Below, one piece after another: positions 43,816 through 51,785 of a stretch of DNA of 64,000 bases (position 1 is the stretch's first letter; each line of letters starts with the position of its first letter). Position numbers and translations under genes: made by a program. The stretch comes from Nanobdellota archaeon (GTDB lineage Archaea; Nanobdellota; Nanobdellia; Woesearchaeales; DATDXC01), in assembly GCA_043818675.1 (NCBI GenBank), contig JBDRFR010000069.1, forward strand, positions 14,877-78,876. The letters are read 5' to 3'. Under the pieces are notes generated by a model, which saw only the letters and a list, made by a program, of their open reading frames with translations, had not been told where the DNA came from and searched no databases.

Positions 43816-43857
43816 TTTTCATAAAATATTTAAAGAGCAAAAACCCATTAATGTCAA

Positions 43858-44919
43858 ATGAAACAAAACATGGTCCCGCCGGATATTGAACAGTCCTCAG
43901 ATGAGGAAGTAATTGAAGAAGAGTCTGTTGAAGAAAGGGCCGATATATCAAAAGAAGTAGCATTTGAAAAATTAAAAACCCAGCTTGAATCATTAAACCA
44001 GGTAAGGGAAACCAATAATGAGCGATTTTCAAGGATTAGTGAGCAAATAGGTGAAATTCGCAGCATGGTTATTGAAAACGAGAAGAATATGCGTGATGTT
44101 AGTATTAAAGCCACAATGGCCTCTGATTCTGTTAAAGAAGTAAAACCAGAAATTTTAGGGACCCAGGTAAGAAAAATCGACATGAAGGTTGAAACATTAA
44201 AACAAAAAATTGAGGCTAAAAACGTAATGGACAATATGATCATGCAGGAGCTTAAAGAACTGAGAGCAAAAATTAACCTTTTCAAAGGAACTGACGCAGT
44301 TTTAAGCCTTAACGAAGAAGTAAAAAATGAACTAATCAATATCTCCAAAATTAAAAATTCTGTTGAGATTCATGCAGACAAGGTTGAACAGGTTTTCGTC
44401 CATATTCAAAAGAACTTTGTAGAATTCGAAAAATTAAAAAGCCAGAATGAAAATATGCTGGCTGTAAGTTCAGCATTGCAAAAACAAGTAAATGGCCTTC
44501 AGACTCAATTAAAAACCATATCTACAAAAGATGATTTAAGCAGGTTTCGCAAAACCATAAACGATAACCTTAGCTCTATTAATAAATTCTCAAAAAATTT
44601 AAGAAAAAATAAGCAGCTGATAACTTTGCTAAAAAAGATAGAATTTCGTCTTCAAAGCATGGTTTTTGATAATAAAAAAAAGATCGGCGAATTAAAAGAG
44701 GAAGACGGAACAATAAAAAGCAGCATAGCAGAAATTGACTGTCATCTTAGCACTTTGTCAAAAAAAATAAAAAGCGCTACTCCAAAAAATCATATTAAGC
44801 ATGTCAAAAAACACTTCATGCTCCATAAGAAAAAATCAGGGATCATATTAAAAACTCTTGAAAAAATTGAAAATAAATTTTTTAGATGGTCAAAAAAATG
44901 TCAAAAGAAGAAGTTATAA
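43858..44919 (+). CDS. coiled-coil protein (353 aa)
   Basis: An acidic N-terminus is followed by long heptad-like K/E/L/I/N-rich sequence (LKTQLESLNQVRETNNERFSRISEQIGEIRSMVIENEKNM...). The gene starts 42 nt after the giant gene stop. Confidence 0.6.
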   Translation: MKQNMVPPDIEQSSDEEVIEEESVEERADISKEVAFEKLKTQLESLNQVRETNNERFSRISEQIGEIRSMVIENEKNMRDVSIKATMASDSVKEVKPEILGTQVRKIDMKVETLKQKIEAKNVMDNMIMQELKELRAKINLFKGTDAVLSLNEEVKNELINISKIKNSVEIHADKVEQVFVHIQKNFVEFEKLKSQNENMLAVSSALQKQVNGLQTQLKTISTKDDLSRFRKTINDNLSSINKFSKNLRKNKQLITLLKKIEFRLQSMVFDNKKKIGELKEEDGTIKSSIAEIDCHLSTLSKKIKSATPKNHIKHVKKHFMLHKKKSGIILKTLEKIENKFFRWSKKCQKKKL

Positions 44920-45770
44920 AAAACGCTGTTGAGAAGTTAAACAAAGACTACGAAAAAGCCAGAATAGAAGAAAATAAGGCACAAGCCATGCTTGCAAACT
45001 ACAAAAAACTGCACGATGCAGAAAAAGCTATATTAAAAAGCAAAAATGACCAGCTTCAGGCTGTAAAGCTTAAAGCTGACAAAATCAGAGAAGAGCTGAA
45101 AATCGCAGAAGAAGACTTCGAAGAAGAAAAACTGCGCTTAATAGATATTGAAAATGCAGAGCAAAAAGCAGGCCAGGATATTAAAACAAAAAATAAGCAG
45201 ACACTGGAGATTGCAGAGCATATAAAAGACATTATTGAGGAAGAAAATAGCGTTAAGGCTGCAAAAAATAAATATAATAAGATCCGGCAATTATATGACA
45301 ATGCAAAAATGGAGCTTGAAAACGCAAAAAATAAAGCAGAAGCAGAGATTAAGAAAACACTTAAAAGCGAAGGCGTGCAAAGGGTTACTAAAGCTCATTT
45401 AGAAAAAGCCAAAACATTTATTGACCAAAATTATATATCTAAAGATTTAGAACAGGAAATAAAAACTGACGAAATGATCAGAAAAGACCTTGAAAAAGAA
45501 GAGCTTCTCGATAAAGAGATCCAGGTTGACGAAAAAATAATTGAAGAAGATACCAATTTAGAAGACCTTCAAAAACTGAACAAGGATTTAGAGCAGGAAA
45601 TAAAAGAAAAAAAGAAAGAAGAGAAGGTTATCGACAAAGACCTGAACCAAAAAAAGGAAGAAGGATCTTTAGCCAAAAAATTTCTTGGCAAGCTAAAACA
45701 AAAAGTCCTGCCCAGTAAAGAAGACGATTTAGAAGATCTTGAAAAAAGGTTTAAGGATTTGGATGATTAA
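44886..45770 (+). CDS. K/E-rich coiled-coil protein (294 aa)
   Basis: Charged heptad-like repeats run throughout. It overlaps the upstream gene by 34 nt and converges on rfcL with a 20-nt overlap. Confidence 0.55.
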   Translation: MVKKMSKEEVIKNAVEKLNKDYEKARIEENKAQAMLANYKKLHDAEKAILKSKNDQLQAVKLKADKIREELKIAEEDFEEEKLRLIDIENAEQKAGQDIKTKNKQTLEIAEHIKDIIEEENSVKAAKNKYNKIRQLYDNAKMELENAKNKAEAEIKKTLKSEGVQRVTKAHLEKAKTFIDQNYISKDLEQEIKTDEMIRKDLEKEELLDKEIQVDEKIIEEDTNLEDLQKLNKDLEQEIKEKKKEEKVIDKDLNQKKEEGSLAKKFLGKLKQKVLPSKEDDLEDLEKRFKDLDD

Positions 45771-46971
45771 ATTTCATAAGCCATGCTACTTCTTCCTTAT
45801 CAAGGTCTGCATATCGGGTTATTGCATCTCGCATATTTTTGTTTTTAAACATTATTTTATAAAATTCGATATCTTTAACTATATCTTTGCTTGAACAATG
45901 AGTTTTAGCAGCTATTTTTTGTGCAATGGCTTTTTTTTTCATGCTTTTTTGCTTTGCCCACCATAATTTTAGCAGCCTGCCAGTAGGTTTATATGATACA
46001 AATTTTTTATATTTTTCATCTTTGGATACAGCAATACCTGCAGTTAATAATGCATTAACATAGACTAAAAACCGCCAATACTGCCATCTTTTGATTCTTC
46101 TTTTGAAGATATCTGCCTTTGAAAGCTTATCATACGCCCTATAAAGATCATTTGGTTTGATATATTCCAATGGAAGATTTTTATCAATCCAAAGGAACTG
46201 CTGGTCAATATCTTCTTTAACATTATCAAACGCTGTGATTGCAAGTTTTGGGTCTGTGGATTTAAACACTTTCAAAAGCGCATTCAGTATAGACTCTTCT
46301 TTATTTCTATCAGCAAGTTGGTCTAAATTTTTTTTTGTCAGCTGATGGGTAGTTTCGGATAATGTCTGCAGATCGTTTATTGCAGCTCTCGCATCGCCTC
46401 CGGCTCTTCTTGCAAGCATTTTCAGCGCACCTGTATCGTAGCATATTTTTTCTGTTTCGCAGATAAACCTAAGAATAGTGGCAATTTCAATATAGTTTAA
46501 CGGCTTAAGTTCCACTGTTATGCTCCTTTTTCTTAGGCTGTTAAATTTTAAATCCCATGGATTTTGTGCTGTAAGGATTATTGGAAAAGTAGTTTTATCT
46601 ATTAGCTTAGCAATCGTAGCAATCCCACCCCTATCTTTATTGCCGGAAAGGCCTTCAATTTCATCAACAAGGATAATTTTGCTTTTTGAAAAAAGGCTGT
46701 ACTGGTTTATTGCAGACCCCACTTTTTGCAGTATCTGATCTTTATTTCGGTAATCACTTGCATTGACTTCAATTATCTCAGTTTCAAAGTCGCTTGCAAG
46801 CGCATGCACAAGACTGGTTTTGCCTGTCCCGGAAAATCCATGCAATAACAGCGCCTTCTTTTTCTGTATTGAAAAATTCTTGACAAAATCTGAGACTTGC
46901 GATACTGCTTCTGGTTGGCCAATAACTTCTGCAAGCTTTGTTGGACAGTATTTTTTTGTAAACGGTGTCAT
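45751..46971 (-). CDS. rfcL: replication factor C large subunit
   Basis: KKYCPTKLAEVIGQPEAVSQVSDFV...ALLLHGFSGTGKTSLVHALA...IIEVNASDYRNKDQI...ILVDEIEGLSG..DRGG...AGGDARAAINDLQ are archaeal RFC-L box motifs. Confidence 0.9.
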   Translation of the reverse strand: MTPFTKKYCPTKLAEVIGQPEAVSQVSDFVKNFSIQKKKALLLHGFSGTGKTSLVHALASDFETEIIEVNASDYRNKDQILQKVGSAINQYSLFSKSKIILVDEIEGLSGNKDRGGIATIAKLIDKTTFPIILTAQNPWDLKFNSLRKRSITVELKPLNYIEIATILRFICETEKICYDTGALKMLARRAGGDARAAINDLQTLSETTHQLTKKNLDQLADRNKEESILNALLKVFKSTDPKLAITAFDNVKEDIDQQFLWIDKNLPLEYIKPNDLYRAYDKLSKADIFKRRIKRWQYWRFLVYVNALLTAGIAVSKDEKYKKFVSYKPTGRLLKLWWAKQKSMKKKAIAQKIAAKTHCSSKDIVKDIEFYKIMFKNKNMRDAITRYADLDKEEVAWLMKFNHPNP

Positions 46972-46986
46972 ACATTTGCAAAGCCA

Positions 46987-47022
46987 TATTTATTTAATAA
47001 TTTTATGGTAAGGTTTATAAAA
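46987..47022. promoter_or_regulatory. divergent TATA-like boxes for rfcL (-) and aRF1 (+), consistent with near-leaderless transcripts
   Basis: TTTATAAAA at 47014-47022 is centred about 27 nt upstream of the aRF1 ATG (47045). TTATTAAATAAATA (reverse of 46987-47000) is centred about 23 nt upstream of the rfcL ATG (46971). Confidence 0.35.
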
Positions 47023-47044
47023 GGGTTTATACTCAGATGTTATC

Positions 47045-48142
47045 ATGTCACTAACAAGCATCCAAAAGATGAAAATAAAGAAGTTCATCAAAGAATTAGG
47101 TGGTTATAAAGGCAGGCATACAGAACTTGTTTCTGTTTATATTCCAAAAGGCTACGATATTATCAAAATTATCCAGCACCTTGATCAGGAAAAAGGCACA
47201 GCAACTAACATTAAATCCACTGCTACAAGAAAAAACGTTATTGCTTCTTTGGAAAAGATGACCCAGCATCTAAGATTATACAAAAAAACACCTGAAAATG
47301 GCCTTGCTGTTTTCTCGGGCAATGTATCAGAAAGAATAGGCCAGGAAGATTACAAGGTATGGAGCATTGAGCCTCCGCTTCCGATTAACACAAGAATCTA
47401 TAGATGTGACAAGGATTTTGTAATAGATATATTAGAAGACATGCTGGAAACAAAAGAAGTTTACGGCCTTGTAGTAATGGACAGAAGAGACGCAAACGTT
47501 GCCTACCTTAAAGGAAAAACTATCGTGCCTCTGTTAAAAACTCATTCTGAAGTTCCAGGCAAGTTTAAAGCAGGCGGCCAGAGTGCGGCCCGTTTTGCGC
47601 GGCTAAGGGAAGGCGCAGCAAAGGATCATTACAAAAAAGTGGCAGAACATGTAAAAAATAAATTTCTTGGAAATGAAAACCTTAAAGGTATAATTGTTGG
47701 CGGCCCGGGCCCTACTAAGTATGACTTTGTGGAAGGCAATTATATAACTTCTGAAGTAAAAAAAAAAATTATAGGTATAAAGGATTTAAGCTACACAGGC
47801 GATTTTGGTCTGCAGGAACTTGTCGATAAAAGCCAGGACATTCTGGCTCAGGAAGAAATTGCAGGCGAAAAAGCTATTATGGCTAAATTTTTTAATATGC
47901 TCGCAAAAAAGCCTGGGATGGTAAGTTACGGTGAAAAAGAAGTAATGACAAATTTAAAATCCGGCACTGTTAATATTCTGCTTCTTTCAGAGGATTTAGA
48001 TGATGAGACAATTGAAAATTTTGAAAAAGAAGCTGAAGTTGTTGGGTCGTCTGTTAACATAATTTCCACTGAAACCCGTGAAGGGGTTCAGTTAAAAGAT
48101 ATTGGCAAAGTCGCAGCAATTTTAAGGTATGAAGTTCAATAA
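47045..48142 (+). CDS. prf1: peptide chain release factor aRF1
   Basis: NIKS motif (GTATNIKS) and GGQ motif (FKAGGQSAARFARLRE). Confidence 0.92.
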   Translation: MSLTSIQKMKIKKFIKELGGYKGRHTELVSVYIPKGYDIIKIIQHLDQEKGTATNIKSTATRKNVIASLEKMTQHLRLYKKTPENGLAVFSGNVSERIGQEDYKVWSIEPPLPINTRIYRCDKDFVIDILEDMLETKEVYGLVVMDRRDANVAYLKGKTIVPLLKTHSEVPGKFKAGGQSAARFARLREGAAKDHYKKVAEHVKNKFLGNENLKGIIVGGPGPTKYDFVEGNYITSEVKKKIIGIKDLSYTGDFGLQELVDKSQDILAQEEIAGEKAIMAKFFNMLAKKPGMVSYGEKEVMTNLKSGTVNILLLSEDLDDETIENFEKEAEVVGSSVNIISTETREGVQLKDIGKVAAILRYEVQ

Positions 48143-48174
48143 ACTTTATTAACAAGGTATTAATTTCTTTTCTC

Positions 48175-48831
48175 ATGTTAAATGAAGCGACCACTGAACT
48201 ATACAATGATTTCCCATACGACATTGCTATAAAATATTCAGGGAAATTTAAGCCATACCGTGCAAATGTAAGGTTATCTAGTGACATAATCCAGTTTAAC
48301 CTGTCAAAATCCTGGAAATCCATATCAAAAGAAATTCAGATAGGTTTAATCCAGGAATTATTATTAAAAATCTTAAAAAAGAGACTAACACCTTTAAAAA
48401 CAACCAGCCAAAACATTGAACTTTATAATATTTTTATCAAAAAGCTTCATTTGGGCATACCAAAAACCAAAATTGATCCTATATTAGAAAAAAGTTTTGA
48501 ACGCATCAATGATAAATATTTCCACGGGTTAATAGAAAAAACCAATTTCACATGGTCAGATTCAGTTAATAAGTTAGGAAGCTACGAATATGGTACTGAT
48601 ACTATAACTATTAGTAAAATCCTGATGGAAGATACAGATTTGCTGGACTATGTAATGTACCATGAAATGCTCCATAAAAAGCATAAGTACCATTCAAAAA
48701 AAGGCAGGCACTACCACCATACTACAGAATTTCGTAATAAAGAAAGTGAATTTAAGGACAGCAAAATGCTTGAAAGAAAGATTAATTCACTTGTAAGAAA
48801 GAAAAGAAAACATTTTTTCAGCCTTTTCTAA
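48175..48831 (+). CDS. HExxH zinc-metallopeptidase-like protein (DUF45/SprT-like)
   Basis: LLDYVMYHEMLHKKHKYHSKKGRHYHHTTEFRNKE has HExxH plus downstream His and an (E)F, as in YgjP/SprT-like proteins. Confidence 0.5.
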   Translation: MLNEATTELYNDFPYDIAIKYSGKFKPYRANVRLSSDIIQFNLSKSWKSISKEIQIGLIQELLLKILKKRLTPLKTTSQNIELYNIFIKKLHLGIPKTKIDPILEKSFERINDKYFHGLIEKTNFTWSDSVNKLGSYEYGTDTITISKILMEDTDLLDYVMYHEMLHKKHKYHSKKGRHYHHTTEFRNKESEFKDSKMLERKINSLVRKKRKHFFSLF

Positions 48832-48885
48832 ACAATAACTTTAAATACCCCCTCTTTTTCCAAAATAACCAAAAGGGTGGTTTAC

Positions 48886-49095
48886 ATGAATGATAGACTA
48901 TTACCATTAGCCGCTATGGAAAAAATAATGAAAAATTGCGGCGGCGAACGCATATCTGACAAAGCAAAAGTTGCTTTAAAAGAAGTTATTGAAGAACGGG
49001 CAGGCGAAATTGCTGCAAGGGCGGTAAAGCTTGCTATTCATGCCGGCAGAAAAACTGTAAAAGCTAGAGACATCAAACTGGCATCTAAAGAATAA
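48886..49095 (+). CDS. archaeal histone (HMf-type histone fold)
   Basis: LPLAAMEKIMKNCGGERISDKAKVALKEVIEERAGEIAARAVKLAIHAGRKTVKARDIKLA. The ATG at 48886 has GGGTGG 6 nt upstream. The track start is GTG 48877. Confidence 0.9.
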   Translation: MNDRLLPLAAMEKIMKNCGGERISDKAKVALKEVIEERAGEIAARAVKLAIHAGRKTVKARDIKLASKE

Positions 49096-49120
49096 TAATC
49101 ATTAATAAAGAGGGATAACA

Positions 49121-49516
49121 ATGAGTACAAAACCAGTATCAATAGGGACATTGCAAAAAGGCAATTATGTAGTAATTGAAGGTGTCGCCTGCAAAGTCAC
49201 AAACACTCAAACCTCGCGGCCAGGAAAACACGGCCATGCAAAAGTCCGCATGGAAGCAGTAGGCCTGATTGACGATAAAAAGCGTGTTATTGTAGGCCCC
49301 GGCCATGATAATATAGACACACCGATTGTCGGCAAAAAAAATGCGCAGGTTTTATCAATCAGTGGCGATTCTGCAAATGTTATGGACTCTGAGACTTTTG
49401 AAACTTTTGACTTAAAAATTCCTGATGAATTAAAAAATGACGTTGTCGAAGGATGCAATATTGTTTATTGGACAATCCTAAAAGACAAAGTCTTAAAACA
49501 GATTAAGAGTGGTTAA
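49121..49516 (+). CDS. eif5a: translation initiation factor 5A (aIF5A)
   Basis: Hypusine-loop motif TSRPGKHGHAKVR. SD GAGGG lies upstream. Confidence 0.92.
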   Translation: MSTKPVSIGTLQKGNYVVIEGVACKVTNTQTSRPGKHGHAKVRMEAVGLIDDKKRVIVGPGHDNIDTPIVGKKNAQVLSISGDSANVMDSETFETFDLKIPDELKNDVVEGCNIVYWTILKDKVLKQIKSG

Positions 49517-49518
49517 TA

Positions 49519-49680
49519 ATGGCAAAATTTCCAGAAGCAGAAGCAAGACTTTTTAAGCGTGTTTTTGTGTGCAAAAAGTGCAAAACAAAAATCAGGGCTC
49601 CAAATCTTAAGATTTTGGCCGGTAAGATTAACTGCAAAAAATGCAGCAGCAGTGCTTTTCGACCGGTAAGAAAGAAATAG
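49519..49680 (+). CDS. rpl40e: 50S ribosomal protein L40e (53 aa)
   Basis: Below the ORF-track size cutoff. My own translation is MAKFPEAEARLFKRVFVCKKCKTKIRAPNLKILAGKINCKKCSSSAFRPVRKK, with a CxxC...CxxC zinc ribbon and the typical L40e N-terminus FPEAEARLF. It starts 2 nt after the aIF5A stop. Confidence 0.85.
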   Translation: MAKFPEAEARLFKRVFVCKKCKTKIRAPNLKILAGKINCKKCSSSAFRPVRKK

Positions 49681-49729
49681 TTCTGTATTTCCAAAAGTTT
49701 TAAAAACAATTGATTTTAGTTAATTAAAA

Positions 49730-50911
49730 ATGGATTTACAATTAATATCAGCAATAATTTTTTCAGTATGTTTGGCTTTTTTTCTTGTATGGAAAAGAAA
49801 AAATTTAGCTGTTCAAAAAATTTTTTTCCCGGTTTTATATTTTGTCATGTATCGCACAAAAATCGGCCTTAAATTAATGGATACTATCTCTAAAAAGTAT
49901 GGAAAATTACTAAAATATTTAGGATATATTGGCATTTTTATTGGATTTTGTGGAATGGTCTTCTTATGTTTTACTTTATCAAAAAATCTGGTGATTTTAT
50001 TAACAAAACCAGAGGCAGCATCTGCTGTTGGCTTGGTTCTTCCTTTCAAGGTCAAAGGAGCATTCTTTGTGCCTTTTTTTTACTGGATAATCTCAATTTT
50101 TGTGCTTGCCGTAGTGCACGAATTTTCACATGGTGTCGTAGCCAGGTATTACGGCTTAAAAATCAAATCAAGCGGTCTTGCATTTTTATGCTTAGTCCTT
50201 CCTGTAATTCCGGCGGCGTTTGTTGAGCCCGACGAAAAAAAAATGGCAAAGCTTTCCACAAAAAAGCAGTTAAGCATTTTTGCAGCTGGCCCATTTTCAA
50301 ACATTATTCTTGCATTTATTGTATTACTATTGTTTAACTTCACACTAGCGCCATTTCTTCAGTCAATGATGTACGAAGACGGTATCAAAATTACCGGTTA
50401 TATTGAAGACAAAACTTATCCTGCGCAGGAAGCAGGCATTGAAATTGGTGAAGTAATAAAAGAAATTAATGGAGCAGAATTCAAAACACTAGACGATTTT
50501 TCAGCATTAATCCAAAATGAAAAGCCAGGTGATCAAATCCAGTTAACAACCAATATCAAAACTTATGATATTACTCTAACAGAAAATCCTGAAGATGAAA
50601 AAAAGGCATATTTGGGTGTTTATTTAATACAAAACTATGAAAAAAAAGACTGGGCAAGAAAAGGTATAGCGTTTTATATTAGTGTATTGACTACCTGGCT
50701 GGGCGGGCTTTTTTATTGGCTTTTTGTTTTAAACCTTGGAATCGGGTTATTCAATCTTATCCCTATTGGTCCGATTGACGGAGGCAGGATGCTGCATGCT
50801 GTATTGTTAAAATATTTCTCTAAGGACAGGGCCCAAAAAATCTGGAAATATACAGGGACTTTCTTTTTCCTTTTAGTTCTTACAAATGTTATGTTTGGTT
50901 TTATTCGATAA
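49730..50911 (+). CDS. site-2 protease (peptidase M50) with PDZ domain
   Basis: HEFSHGVVARYYG (HExxH in a TM helix), a PDZ-like AQEAGIEIGEVIKEINGAEFKTLDDF, and NLIPIGPIDGGRML (NxxPxxxxDG). Confidence 0.85.
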   Translation: MDLQLISAIIFSVCLAFFLVWKRKNLAVQKIFFPVLYFVMYRTKIGLKLMDTISKKYGKLLKYLGYIGIFIGFCGMVFLCFTLSKNLVILLTKPEAASAVGLVLPFKVKGAFFVPFFYWIISIFVLAVVHEFSHGVVARYYGLKIKSSGLAFLCLVLPVIPAAFVEPDEKKMAKLSTKKQLSIFAAGPFSNIILAFIVLLLFNFTLAPFLQSMMYEDGIKITGYIEDKTYPAQEAGIEIGEVIKEINGAEFKTLDDFSALIQNEKPGDQIQLTTNIKTYDITLTENPEDEKKAYLGVYLIQNYEKKDWARKGIAFYISVLTTWLGGLFYWLFVLNLGIGLFNLIPIGPIDGGRMLHAVLLKYFSKDRAQKIWKYTGTFFFLLVLTNVMFGFIR

Positions 50912-50922
50912 GGTTTTAGGAT

Positions 50923-51762
50923 ATGCAAAACATCAAGTCCGAATCAAAAATTGCATGGAAATTATTTAAAGACATTTTGATGCTTCCCGTTAATCTTCTT
51001 CTTCTGGTGTTTGGTAAAAAAAGCATATCAGATGTTTTAAGGCCAGTATCCGACATTTTCAGATTTATATTTGAAGCAAAGGTTACCATTTGGCTGGTCA
51101 TATTAAATATTATTATATATTTTGGAGTTACTTTCCTGTTAATCACTGGCATTATTGAAGAGTCTTTTATCGATTTGTATTTTATTGGGACAACCAGGGG
51201 TTTTTTGAACCTGGATTTCCCGCCTTTAATTGGTTCTTGGTTTTTCCACGCATCAGTCTTTCATTTGTTTGGAAATATGTTATTTTTGTTTATATTAGGA
51301 AGGGTTGTTGAAAAAGAGCTGGGCGGGCCTAAAACTCTGCTTATTTATTTTGGTGCGGCTATTATTTCCACGGTTGCAGACAATTTGGTCCATATTTTCA
51401 TCATACCTATTAAAGATTATGCAGTAGTCGGCGCATCTGGCGCTATTTCAGGTTTAGGCGGTGCAGCATTACTGCTTAGCCCTTTTTACTTAACTTATCT
51501 TGTTGTTGGAATACCATTGCCTATTATTTTTGTGGTTTTGCTTCAGATATACACTGATATTACAGGTGTTTTAAATCCAACATCAAACATTGGCCATATT
51601 GCACATCTAACAGGCTATTTATCTGTTGCAATTACTATGTTTCTTCTTAGCAAAAATGATAGAAATAAAATGAAAAAAGGACTGTTTATATGTATAATTA
51701 CTGTTATAGCGTCTATCTTAGTATTTATATTTGCAAATAGATTTATTGGCCTGCAGATTTAA
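50923..51762 (+). CDS. rhomboid-family intramembrane serine protease
   Basis: FFHASVFHLFGNMLFLFILG, the catalytic GASGAISGL, and IAHLTGYL. Confidence 0.8.
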   Translation: MQNIKSESKIAWKLFKDILMLPVNLLLLVFGKKSISDVLRPVSDIFRFIFEAKVTIWLVILNIIIYFGVTFLLITGIIEESFIDLYFIGTTRGFLNLDFPPLIGSWFFHASVFHLFGNMLFLFILGRVVEKELGGPKTLLIYFGAAIISTVADNLVHIFIIPIKDYAVVGASGAISGLGGAALLLSPFYLTYLVVGIPLPIIFVVLLQIYTDITGVLNPTSNIGHIAHLTGYLSVAITMFLLSKNDRNKMKKGLFICIITVIASILVFIFANRFIGLQI

Positions 51763-51785
51763 TCCTTAATAAATCATGCAATTTT

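Larger units (their letters stand above)
41690..43815 (+). other. C-terminal ~700-aa module homologous over its full length to the stand-alone 774-aa protein (56097-58421)
   Basis: The by-eye alignment runs from the last ectodomain modules through the TM (FIIALALIALFIFYTY-KQKKKKRY vs LSFLAIAALVFLII-RKRLAKKKRY), LPKPG...IGKIAE, Walker A, FDPTAQWTGFLRKC (identical), YDEVHRLLPKFGG, EFRKWGVG(I/L)VLISQV and the coiled-coil tail (DIFDLELELK). Confidence 0.85.

Noticed and set aside
43854-44348. 164-aa minus-strand ORF antisense to the first coiled-coil gene. Similar plus-strand ORFs at 56188-56535 are antisense to the ATPase tail.
   Set aside because: Ser/Phe/Leu-rich antisense translations of K/E-rich coiled-coil coding sequence. 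No start context or motif.
49503-49709. 68-aa minus-strand ORF listed in the track.
   Set aside because: It is antisense to a clear L40e gene (49519-49680) that fits the aIF5A-L40e context. No motif.
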